A DNA stretch of 64,000 nucleotides from NCBI GenBank assembly GCA_965207065.1, contig OZ242260.1, forward strand, positions 384,001 through 448,000, in the 5' to 3' direction. The translations under genes were made by a program, and so were the position numbers. Each line of letters opens with the position of its first letter. Position 1 is the stretch's first letter. This DNA is from a bacterium. Its GTDB lineage: Bacteria > UBA8248. This document shows positions 10,085-18,473 of this stretch, one piece after another. The notes under the pieces are model-generated. The model saw only the letters and a list, made by a program, of their open reading frames with translations, had not been told where the DNA came from and did no database searches.

Positions 10085-10690
10085 ATGGCTGAAGACAAGC
10101 AGATCGACCGCAAGGCGTTCTTCACCGAAGGCCCCCTCTCCTTCATGCGCTCCTTCATGCAGGGAATGCACCAGGGAGAAACCCAGGTGCAGCGCTCGAA
10201 CCTCGAAGGGCCCGTCTTGCGCCCGCCGGGCGCAGCGGCGGAAGCCGATTTCCTGGACCTCTGCACGGGCAGCGCGCAATGCGCGCTCGCGTGTCCGGCG
10301 GACGCCATCCTCATGCTCCCCCGCGAGGACGGCTCCGGCCTCGAGGCGCCCCGCATCATCCCCGTCGACGGGGCCTGCGTGGTCTGCGACGACCTCTCCT
10401 GCATGAAGGTCTGCCCCACCGGGGCGCTCACCCTCGTGCCCCGCGAGGAGATTCGCGTCGGTCTTGCGGAAGTGAACCTCGAGACCTGCTACGCCTGGAA
10501 CGGGACGGACGAGGAATGCAACTTCTGCGTGACGCGCTGTCCCATTGGGGAGAGTGCGATACGGGTCGAGGAGAAAGAGGACGGAAAAGGCCCCGTCATC
10601 GGCGAGACCTGCGTGGGCTGCGGCGTCTGCGAGCAGCACTGCCCCGAATACCCGGGCGCCGTGCGTGTGTTTCCCATCAAACCTTCCTAG
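10085..10690 (+). CDS. NapG/MauM-like multi-4Fe-4S ferredoxin
   Basis: LRPPGA, CALACP, CMKVCPTGAL and CVGCGVCEQHCP. Confidence 0.85.
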   Translation: MAEDKQIDRKAFFTEGPLSFMRSFMQGMHQGETQVQRSNLEGPVLRPPGAAAEADFLDLCTGSAQCALACPADAILMLPREDGSGLEAPRIIPVDGACVVCDDLSCMKVCPTGALTLVPREEIRVGLAEVNLETCYAWNGTDEECNFCVTRCPIGESAIRVEEKEDGKGPVIGETCVGCGVCEQHCPEYPGAVRVFPIKPS

Positions 10691-10795
10691 AACGGAAAAA
10701 ACGAGAACGCCAACATCCCGCCCCGATATGGGGATGCGGATCGGGGTTGTTGCCTCAAGGGGAAGTCATGCCTTTCCGCCTTGTTCGGCAAACCC

Positions 10796-10911
10796 TCCTT
10801 CGAGGGCCTCAGGACAGGCCCCTTCGATACGCCGCTTCGCGGCTACTCAGGGTGAGGAACATAGAAAGCACCCTCATCCCGAGTAGGCGCGTCTGCGCGC
10901 CGTATCGAGGG
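10796..10911. repeat. Palindromic intergenic repeat cluster (CCTTCGA..CTCAGG type)
   Basis: CCCTTCGATACG..CTACTCAGGGTGAGG paired with CCTCATCCCGAGTAG..CGTATCGAGGG. Confidence 0.65.
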
Positions 10912-10952
10912 ATGCGCGCCCGGCGGCGTCGAAACGGCGATGCGAGAAGGAT

Positions 10953-11276
10953 GGGAGTGCTGAAAACTCCCGATTTCGTGATTCGGCGCATGTAATCGAC
11001 TGGGGAGAGAGAAGAATTACTCCCCCCTTGAGGAGGCTGTTGAGAAAGCCGGGTCATAGAGGAATGGCAGTGTAGGGACAACCCTCCGTGGTTGTCCTCT
11101 TTCAGGATGGTTACAACCAGGACAGGCACGGAGGCCTGTCCCTACGGGATCATCACGTCGTTGACTGGGGGGATACAAGGACTTTTTCAACAACCCCTCA
11201 AGGGGGAGTAGTTGTTGGACGCTCTGCAAGGGGAGAAAGATTTGGCCCGACCTGCAAGGGCTTTTTCAACAACCCC
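10953..11276. mobile_element. Nested MITE-like elements with IS1182-like ends (inner element about 11034-11197)
   Basis: Outer ends GGGAGTGCTGAAAACTCCC / GGGCTTTTTCAACAACCCC; inner ends GGCTGTTGAGAAAGCC / GGACTTTTTCAACAACCCC inserted in an ACTCCCCCCTTGAG..GGGGGAGT palindrome; GTAG REP doublet inside. Confidence 0.7.
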
Positions 11277-11317
11277 ATCCCATCATGGATGGGACATGGC
11301 GGCTCAAACCGCGCGGA

Positions 11318-11818
11318 TCAGGAGAATTCCTCTTTCAGAATCTCGTGGATGAACCGCTGAACAGCCAGTGGGTAGAACCGGATGTCCGGCGTGCGGACGA
11401 CGGCGGTGTCCGTGGTCTCCAGGCGCGCGAGTTCGTTCAGCACCTTTTCCGCCAGAACCTCCGGGCTCCACTCGTGGTGGGTGATTTTCAGGTGTTCGTT
11501 CTCGATGTTGAAATTGCCCGCCGCCACGGCGGGAAACGCGAACACGCGGCCGATGAGGTCAGAATCCATCATCTCCGAATCCTTGAAAATCTCGCCGAAC
11601 GTCTTCTGCGCCTCGGCCGGCGTCCACACCAGCTTGGGAGACACCAGGAGCTTGCCGGATATCTGGACCGAACCCGCCTGCTCTTCCATCTCCGGCCCCA
11701 GCACCCGGTAGCCGAGTTCATGATAGCCCGAGACGATGCCAACGTAAGGCCTCTGGATGATGCGGATCTCCTCGCTCACCTGCCTGTGGAAATCGCGCTG
11801 CATGTCGTCGTCGAACAT
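11318..11818 (-). CDS. Hypothetical protein
   Basis: Open frame with host-like codon use; GGAG RBS before ATG 11818. Confidence 0.65.
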   Translation of the reverse strand: MFDDDMQRDFHRQVSEEIRIIQRPYVGIVSGYHELGYRVLGPEMEEQAGSVQISGKLLVSPKLVWTPAEAQKTFGEIFKDSEMMDSDLIGRVFAFPAVAAGNFNIENEHLKITHHEWSPEVLAEKVLNELARLETTDTAVVRTPDIRFYPLAVQRFIHEILKEEFS

Positions 11819-11944
11819 CGAAACGTCTCCGCCAAGGCTGAAAATCCAAAAAAAAACAGGCAGACGTTGATACCAAATGCTATTGCGCCAGGTCAAACAA
11901 AGCGCGAACACCGACGCGCCTCTTCTCTATTCTCTTCTTTTTCC

Positions 11945-13381
11945 TCAGGAATTGATAGCCCGCAAATCGCCGAGAATTTTATCCGCCGCCTCGTTCGCCG
12001 ATTTCACGCAATCGGGAATCCCCACGCCGCGGTAGGCGTTGCCCGCGAGGGCGAGACCCGGCGTCGCCAATAGTTCGTCTTCGATTCTTCGCACCTTGTC
12101 CAGGTGGCCCACCAGGTAATGCGGCAGGGATTCCTCATAGCGGTAAAAGACCATTCCTTCGGGCTCTCCCGAAATCCCCAGAATCGGCCGAAGCTCATTG
12201 GTGAGCTTGCGGATGAGATCCTCATCCGTGAGCCCCGCACGGGAGGCCGCCTCCCCTCCCGCGAATGCGCGTATGAGCACATTCCCCTCAGGCGCTCTGC
12301 CCTGGAACTTGGTGCTCGAAAAAGAACACGCAAGCAGCGTCTTGTTCTCTATCCCAGGGACGACGAAACCCATGGCGTGGAGCGGATTCGCTACCTGCTC
12401 GGCCCGGTACACCAGGTTGAGCGTCGCCAAAGAACCGCTCGGGATGCTCATCAACTCTGCCGAAATACCGGGTATGGCTTTCTCCAACAGCTTTCCCGAC
12501 GCGCGAGGCGGCAGGGTGACGCAAACAGCGTCTGCGTCCATCACCTCCCCGTCCTGAAGATGAACGCGCCAGCCCCGCTCAAATCTTTCGAGTGATTCCG
12601 CCCGGTATCCCGTCCGAACCGATGCGCCGGAAATCTTCTCCGCCAGGGCGTCAACCAACGCTCCCATCCCTCGCGCGAAACTCACGAACAGGCCGTACCT
12701 CGGCCCGCTCGCCGATACGCCCTCGCCCGGACCCCGCCTTTGCATCCGCTTCCTGAGACCCAGGATGAGACTCCTGTGCTCGCGCTCTATCTCGTGGAAC
12801 TGCGGCATGGTGGCTCTCAAGCTCAGCTTTTCCGGGTCGGCCGAATAGATGCCCGCCACCATGGGCTGGGCCATCCGCTCTAACGCCTCGCGCCCGAATC
12901 GCCTGCGCACGAAATCGGCCAGGGATTCATCCGCATCATCCTTCTTGCGCGGAAGAAGAACATCCATCGCCATCCTGAGCTTGCCGAGCGCGCTGAATAT
13001 GGGCGAGGTGAGAAATGGGCCGACCTGATACGGCGCTAAAAGATAATAGCCTTGGGGCACGGGGAGCAGGTCGTCGCCCCGCAGGACGAAGCTTCGCCGG
13101 TAGCGCTCGTTCGTTCCAATGAGTTGCTCCCCGAGACCCAGTTCTTCGCAGAGCTCGACGCCCTCGGGCTTCGAGGTGAGAAAACAATCGGGGCCTTTCT
13201 CCATCAGGACGTCACCGGCGAACTCGGTCTCGATAACGCCGCCGAGCCTGGGAGACGCCTCGATGAGGTGGACTTGCAGTGAGAGATTCTGCTCCTCGGA
13301 AGCCTTGAGGAGCCGGTAGCAGGCGGTTAGACCCGTCACCCCACCGCCAAGCACGACCACTCGCCCGGCGTCCCGAGTCAA
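11945..13381 (-). CDS. hemY: HemY-type (copro/proto)porphyrinogen oxidase
   Basis: GGGVTGL FAD motif, RLGG, EKGPD and LAGNAYRGVGIPDC; in an operon with hemE and hemH. Confidence 0.92.
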   Translation of the reverse strand: MTRDAGRVVVLGGGVTGLTACYRLLKASEEQNLSLQVHLIEASPRLGGVIETEFAGDVLMEKGPDCFLTSKPEGVELCEELGLGEQLIGTNERYRRSFVLRGDDLLPVPQGYYLLAPYQVGPFLTSPIFSALGKLRMAMDVLLPRKKDDADESLADFVRRRFGREALERMAQPMVAGIYSADPEKLSLRATMPQFHEIEREHRSLILGLRKRMQRRGPGEGVSASGPRYGLFVSFARGMGALVDALAEKISGASVRTGYRAESLERFERGWRVHLQDGEVMDADAVCVTLPPRASGKLLEKAIPGISAELMSIPSGSLATLNLVYRAEQVANPLHAMGFVVPGIENKTLLACSFSSTKFQGRAPEGNVLIRAFAGGEAASRAGLTDEDLIRKLTNELRPILGISGEPEGMVFYRYEESLPHYLVGHLDKVRRIEDELLATPGLALAGNAYRGVGIPDCVKSANEAADKILGDLRAINS

Positions 13382-14343
13382 TTTCCACTCCCCTTCATCT
13401 TCGCGCGCACCAGGTCCGAGAGCATCTCGATGAAGGCGGGGTGCGTACCCACCGTGGGCGCGCGATAAAAGCGGAGTCCCGCCCCCTCGGCCGCTTCCCG
13501 CGCCTCGATGTCCAGGTCGAAGAGCACCTCCACGTGATCGCAGATGAAGCCGACCGGCACCACGAGAACGGCCTTTGCGCCGCCTGAGGCGACGCTTCCG
13601 ATTACCTCCGTCACGTCCGGGCCGAGCCAGGTGCCGGGAGGAACGTCCGGGCTGCTCTGGAAGCCGACTTCGTAGCCGCTCAAACCCAGCTTTTGCGCCA
13701 CGAGAGCCGCCGTTTGGCGGAATTCCTCCTCATATGAAGAGGCCCTGGCCATGGAAACGGGGATGGAATGGGCCGTAAAGACGACTTTGGCGTTGCGCAT
13801 GCCGCCCCCCGCCACCGGGACAGCCTGGTTCATCCTGTCTACGATGGCGTCGATGAACCCCGGATGCGTATGCCAGGGCGTTTCCAGAAATTCGACCTCG
13901 GGCGCATCGCCGCCCAGCTCATCTCGCGCCGACGCCACGGCGCCCCGGTAGGCCTCCCAGCTTATTTTCGTGCGATGCGGCGCCAGTATGACGCCCAGGG
14001 CGCGCCTGAGCCCGCGCCTGCCCATCTCGGCCAGCGTCTCCTCCACGTAAGGCGTCCAGAACCGGTAGCCCGTATAGACGGGAACGCCATCGCCCGCTCT
14101 TTCGAGCGCCATCTCCAGCGCGCCCGCCTGTTTCTGGGAGAAAAAAGTGAAAGGGGAGACGCCGCCGAAGTGTTCATAGTGCGCGGCCACCTCTCTAATG
14201 CGCTCGGGGCCGCCCGATCTCTGGCCGACGATGCCCTCCACGTAGCAATACGCCTCGCCCGGGCATTCCTCGTAGCGGCGGCAGCAACCCCGCGTGGGGC
14301 CGCCGAAGCCGATCATGATGATGGAATCGAACCCGTCCTTCAT
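13378..14343 (-). CDS. hemH: Ferrochelatase (likely coproporphyrin ferrochelatase type)
   Basis: FGGP, YEHFGGVSP, FTAHSIP, WLGPDV and PVGFICDHVEVLFDLD. Confidence 0.93.
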   Translation of the reverse strand: MKDGFDSIIMIGFGGPTRGCCRRYEECPGEAYCYVEGIVGQRSGGPERIREVAAHYEHFGGVSPFTFFSQKQAGALEMALERAGDGVPVYTGYRFWTPYVEETLAEMGRRGLRRALGVILAPHRTKISWEAYRGAVASARDELGGDAPEVEFLETPWHTHPGFIDAIVDRMNQAVPVAGGGMRNAKVVFTAHSIPVSMARASSYEEEFRQTAALVAQKLGLSGYEVGFQSSPDVPPGTWLGPDVTEVIGSVASGGAKAVLVVPVGFICDHVEVLFDLDIEAREAAEGAGLRFYRAPTVGTHPAFIEMLSDLVRAKMKGSGN

Positions 14344-15404
14344 TCGGCCTCCGCTTCCCATTCGTGAACGAACTCGATGAGTCTTTTCACGTTGTCGACC
14401 GGCGTGCCCGGCAGAATCCCGTGCCCCAGGTTGAAGATGTGGCCCGGACGCCCGGACCCTTGACGCAGGATGTCCTCAACTCGCGCGAAGATATATTCAG
14501 GCGCCGCGAACAGGACGCACGGGTCGAGGTTTCCCTGAACCGCCATATCGCCCAGACGCTCCCTGGCGTCGGCCAGCTGCACGCGGAAATCCACCCCCAC
14601 CACGTCCCCGCCCGCTCCGGCGAACGCTTCGAGATAGGGCGCAGTTCCCGTGCCGAAGTGGATGACGGGCGCGCCCTCTTCGATACCCCCAATCAGCGCG
14701 CGGCTGTGCGGCAGGACGAACTCCCTGAAATCCCCGGGCGAGAGGCAACCCACCCAGCTGTCGAAAATCTGCACTGCCTGCGCGCCCGCGAGAATCTGCT
14801 CGTTCAGATAGACCCTCAGCCCCCGCACGAGCTTTTCCATCAGCGCGTGCCACGCGCCCGGATCGGCATACATGAACTTTTTCGTGTTCTCGAAATTCCG
14901 CGAGCCGCCGCCTTCGATCATGTAGGACGCCAGCGTGAAGGGAGCGCCGCAAAAGCCGATGAGCGGAAGGGTGGGGTTCATCTGCTCCCTGGTTTTCCGA
15001 ACCGCCTCGTACACGAAGGCTAAGCTCTCGCGCGGCTCCACCTCCTTGAGCCGCTCCACGTCCGCAGCCTCCCGAACCGGGTTATGGAGAACGGGGCCTC
15101 CTTCCATGTATTCCAGGTCCATGCCCATCGGCTGGAGGATGAGCAGAATGTCCGAGAACAGGATGGCGGCGTCAGCACCTATGGCGTCGAGCGCCGTGAC
15201 GGCGACCTCGGCGGCCAGATCGGGCGTGCGGCAAAGCTCGATGAAGGAGACTTTCTCGCGGACGGCGCGGTACTCGCGCATGTACCTGCCCGCCTGACGC
15301 ATGAGCCAGACGGGCGTCCTTGCGTTGGGCAGCCCCCGGCAGGCGCGCATGAAGGCGGAGTCCGCATACGCGGGCGCGTTTCCCACTGCTGGATGCGCCG
15401 ACAT
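14340..15404 (-). CDS. hemE: Uroporphyrinogen decarboxylase
   Basis: PVWLMRQAGRY, FSDIL, GFCGAPFTLASY and IFNLGHG. Confidence 0.96.
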   Translation of the reverse strand: MSAHPAVGNAPAYADSAFMRACRGLPNARTPVWLMRQAGRYMREYRAVREKVSFIELCRTPDLAAEVAVTALDAIGADAAILFSDILLILQPMGMDLEYMEGGPVLHNPVREAADVERLKEVEPRESLAFVYEAVRKTREQMNPTLPLIGFCGAPFTLASYMIEGGGSRNFENTKKFMYADPGAWHALMEKLVRGLRVYLNEQILAGAQAVQIFDSWVGCLSPGDFREFVLPHSRALIGGIEEGAPVIHFGTGTAPYLEAFAGAGGDVVGVDFRVQLADARERLGDMAVQGNLDPCVLFAAPEYIFARVEDILRQGSGRPGHIFNLGHGILPGTPVDNVKRLIEFVHEWEAEAE

Positions 15405-15599
15405 CATCTCCTCCTTCAAAACGTGCGAGAACCCGTCCTGCTGGACGGGGCTTCGAGGTCAGTCTAATCCAAAAACGGCGCGCTCGCCTATCGGGAGAGC
15501 GGTATGAGCATCAATGAAAAAACCGCTGCTCGCTGGACAACGCCGGTTCAGTTAGGATAATAAAGATTCTTGATTTCGGGCGTCACGCCCCGACACCCC

Positions 15600-15674
15600 G
15601 GCGCCATAGCCAAGTGGTAAGGCAGAGGACTGCAAATCCTTTATTCCCCGGTTCGAATCCGGGTGGCGCCTCCA
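15600..15674 (+). tRNA. tRNA-Cys (GCA)
   Basis: GGCGCCA/TGGCGCC acceptor stem, anticodon loop CTGCAAA, GGTTCGAATCC T-arm, encoded CCA. Confidence 0.97.
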
Positions 15675-15699
15675 ATACCCCTCGGAGGGAGGCGAATCG

Positions 15700-16335
15700 A
15701 TGGAGCAAACGACGACAGCGCCGCAGATTGAAACCAAAGAAGAACTTCGCGAGCACTACGGCCCGGCCAACGAGCGCAGCGTCAAGAAGCAGATGGCGAA
15801 ACTCGACGAGCACGCGAAGAGCTTTATCGCGCTCTCTCCGTTCATGGTTATTTCCTCCGCCACGGCGGAAGGCGCCGACGCATCCCCCAAGGGGGACCCG
15901 CCCGGATTCGTCAAGGTTATCGACGACAACACCCTGATCATCCCCGACAGGCCGGGCAACAACCGCGTCGACACCATGAGCAACATCGTGGAGAACAACC
16001 ACGTCGGCCTCCTCTTCCTGGTGCCCGGCATGTGCGAGACGCTGCGCGTGAACGGGCGGGCGCGCATCACCACGGACCCCGAAGTCCTCGAACCACACTC
16101 GGTCAAGGGCAGGCTCCCCCGGTCGGCGATGATCATCGACGTGGACGACGTGTATCTCCACTGCGGCAAGGCCCTCATCCGCGCGGACCTCTGGAACGCG
16201 GAGAAAAATATCGAAAGAAAGTCGTTCCCATCGATGGGGCAGATGCTCTCCGATCAGATAGCCGAAGACGGCTACGGAGACGGAGAGGAACTCAACAAGG
16301 GCATTCAGGAGAGATACAAGACGGACCTGTATTAA
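15700..16335 (+). CDS. Pyridoxamine 5'-phosphate oxidase-like flavin-binding protein (MSMEG_1061-like)
   Basis: DASPKGDPPGFV, PDRPGNNR, ETLRVNG and YLHCGKALIR. Confidence 0.88.
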   Translation: MEQTTTAPQIETKEELREHYGPANERSVKKQMAKLDEHAKSFIALSPFMVISSATAEGADASPKGDPPGFVKVIDDNTLIIPDRPGNNRVDTMSNIVENNHVGLLFLVPGMCETLRVNGRARITTDPEVLEPHSVKGRLPRSAMIIDVDDVYLHCGKALIRADLWNAEKNIERKSFPSMGQMLSDQIAEDGYGDGEELNKGIQERYKTDLY

Positions 16336-16357
16336 CCCGCGGAAGGAGAAGTTGGTT

Positions 16358-16509
16358 CGTCATTCCGGCGCATGCCGGAATCCAGACGGAGGAAAGAGGA
16401 GATATTGCGGACTTCTATTCATTCCCTTCTTCTGATGGGCTCGGCATAACCGCGAAAAACAAAAAACAAAAAGGCAAATTCCTGGATTCCGGCATGCGCC
16501 GGAATGACG
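16358..16509. repeat. Inverted repeat pair CGTCATTCCGGCG..GCCGGAATCCA
   Basis: Ends are reverse complements; a second copy of the family lies at 47031-47170. Confidence 0.8.
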
Positions 16510-16556
16510 GTTACCACAAAGGCGGGCGATGGGGTGGACTCATGGGTTCGCCCCGC

Positions 16557-18473
16557 CTAATGCGTCTCTCTTAGATAAACCACCGCGAGGGGCGGCAGCG
16601 TGACCTCTATCGAATAGGGCTGACCGTTCAGGGGCGCCGCAACCGCGTGGCAGCCATCGGGATTCCCCACGCCGCTGCCTCCGTAATTTTCCGCATCGCT
16701 GTTCAGCACCTCAATCCAATCGCCGTCGGCGGGAACGCCCATCCTGTAGTCCACCCTGGGCACGGGCGTCAGGTTCGCCGCTACGAGCAGCATGGGTTCA
16801 TCCTCCGTGGCGACCCGCACGAAGCCCAGGACGCTGTCATCGGCCGCATCCGCCGCCACCCACTTGAAGCCGCGCGGGTCGTAATCACTCCGGAACAAGG
16901 CGCGCTCCTGATGGTACAAGGCGTTCAGGTCGCTCACCCACTTCATCAGCCCGGCTCTTAACGGCTCCTGCACCAGGTCCCAGTCGAGCGCGCCGTCGTG
17001 GTTCCACTCGCGCCACTGGCCGAACTCCCCGCCCATGAAGAGGAGCTTCTTGCCGGTCTGGGCGAACATCAGCCCGTAGAGTGTGCGCAAATTTGAGAAT
17101 CTCTGTCCGTTGTCTCCCGGCATCTTCCCGAGCAGTGAGCTTTTGCCGTGCACCACCTCGTCGTGGGAGAGGGGAAGCACGAAATTCTCGTTATAGGCAT
17201 AAAGCAAGCGGAACGTGAGCAGATTGTGGTGATACCTGCGGTGAACGGGGTCTTTTTTCATATACGCAAGCGAGTCGTGCATCCAGCCCATGTCCCACTT
17301 CATGCCGAAACCCAGCCCGCCCGTATCCACGGGCCTCGAAACCATCGGCCAGGCGGTGGACTCTTCCGCAATGGTCTGCACGTCGGGGAACCTGCGATAC
17401 ACCTCGGTATTCAGCCGCCTGAGGAAAGAGATGGCCTCCAGATTCTCGCGGCCCCCTTCCTCATTGGGAAGCCACTCGCCCTCTTTTCTCGAGTAATCGA
17501 GATAGAGCATCGAGGCCACGCCGTCGACGCGAAGCCCGTCGGCGTGGAAATTTTCGAGCCAGTACAGAGCGTTGCTTATCAGGAATGCGACGACCTCGTT
17601 CCGTCCGTAGTTGAAGATGTGGCTTCGCCAGTCAGGGTGAAACCCCCGCCTGGGGTCGGCATGCTCGAAGAGATGGGTTCCGTCGAAAAAGCCCAGCCCG
17701 TGACCGTCCGTGGGAAAGTGCGAGGGCACCCAGTCGAGTATCACGCCAATGCCGCGCTGGTGAAGATAGTCGATGAGGTACATCAAATCCTGCGGTGTCC
17801 CGAAGCGGCTCGTGGGCGAGAAGTAGCCCGTTACCTGATACCCCCAGGAACCGTTGAAGGGGTGCTCCATCACCGGCAGGAACTCGACGTGGGTAAACCC
17901 CATGTGGAGCACGTGCTCGGCGAGTTGGGGAGCGAGTTCCCTGTAGGTGAGAGGGCGATTCTCTCCATCCCCCGCCCGCCGCCAGGAGCCGATGTGAAGC
18001 TCGTAAATGGAGATGGGCGCCTCGCGTCCGTTGCATGCGCCCCGGCACTCCATCCAGTCACCATCTCCCCATTCGTAATCGAGACTCCAGACGACCGAAC
18101 CGCTCTTGGGGGGGACCTCGCTGTAAAACCCGAAAGGATCCGCCTTTTCCGCCCGGTAGTCTCCGAACTGCGAGTGAATCCGGTATTTGTATACCTCACC
18201 CTTCCCCACGCCCGGGACGAACCCCGCCCAAACTCCTGAGATTTCAATCGGAGCCAGCGGGTGGGCGTTCTCGTCCCATCCGTTGAAATCCCCGATTACG
18301 CTCACAGCATCCGCGTTCGGCGCCCATACGGCGAAGTGAACACCCTCCTCCCCATCCACCGTAATCAGGTGTGCGCCCATTTTTTCGTACAATGTAAAAT
18401 GGGAGCCCTGGTTGAACAGATAAATATCGTAATCCGTGATGTAGGAAAGCGCGGGGTAGTGGACGACGCTCAT
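16557..18473 (-). CDS. glgB: 1,4-alpha-glucan branching enzyme
   Basis: FAVWAPNA, SWGYQVTGY, DWVPSHF, DGLRVDGVASM, AEEST and LSHDEVVHGK. Confidence 0.95.
   Translation of the reverse strand: MSVVHYPALSYITDYDIYLFNQGSHFTLYEKMGAHLITVDGEEGVHFAVWAPNADAVSVIGDFNGWDENAHPLAPIEISGVWAGFVPGVGKGEVYKYRIHSQFGDYRAEKADPFGFYSEVPPKSGSVVWSLDYEWGDGDWMECRGACNGREAPISIYELHIGSWRRAGDGENRPLTYRELAPQLAEHVLHMGFTHVEFLPVMEHPFNGSWGYQVTGYFSPTSRFGTPQDLMYLIDYLHQRGIGVILDWVPSHFPTDGHGLGFFDGTHLFEHADPRRGFHPDWRSHIFNYGRNEVVAFLISNALYWLENFHADGLRVDGVASMLYLDYSRKEGEWLPNEEGGRENLEAISFLRRLNTEVYRRFPDVQTIAEESTAWPMVSRPVDTGGLGFGMKWDMGWMHDSLAYMKKDPVHRRYHHNLLTFRLLYAYNENFVLPLSHDEVVHGKSSLLGKMPGDNGQRFSNLRTLYGLMFAQTGKKLLFMGGEFGQWREWNHDGALDWDLVQEPLRAGLMKWVSDLNALYHQERALFRSDYDPRGFKWVAADAADDSVLGFVRVATEDEPMLLVAANLTPVPRVDYRMGVPADGDWIEVLNSDAENYGGSGVGNPDGCHAVAAPLNGQPYSIEVTLPPLAVVYLRETH

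Noticed and set aside
9983-10639. N-terminal 219-aa extension of the leuC-like ORF
   Set aside because: It overlaps the ferredoxin gene on the opposite strand; homology and an RBS point to TTG 9982
15600-15674. tRNA-Cys as integration site for the phage-like genes
   Set aside because: No integrase next to it, and I did not notice a duplicated tRNA 3' end in the window
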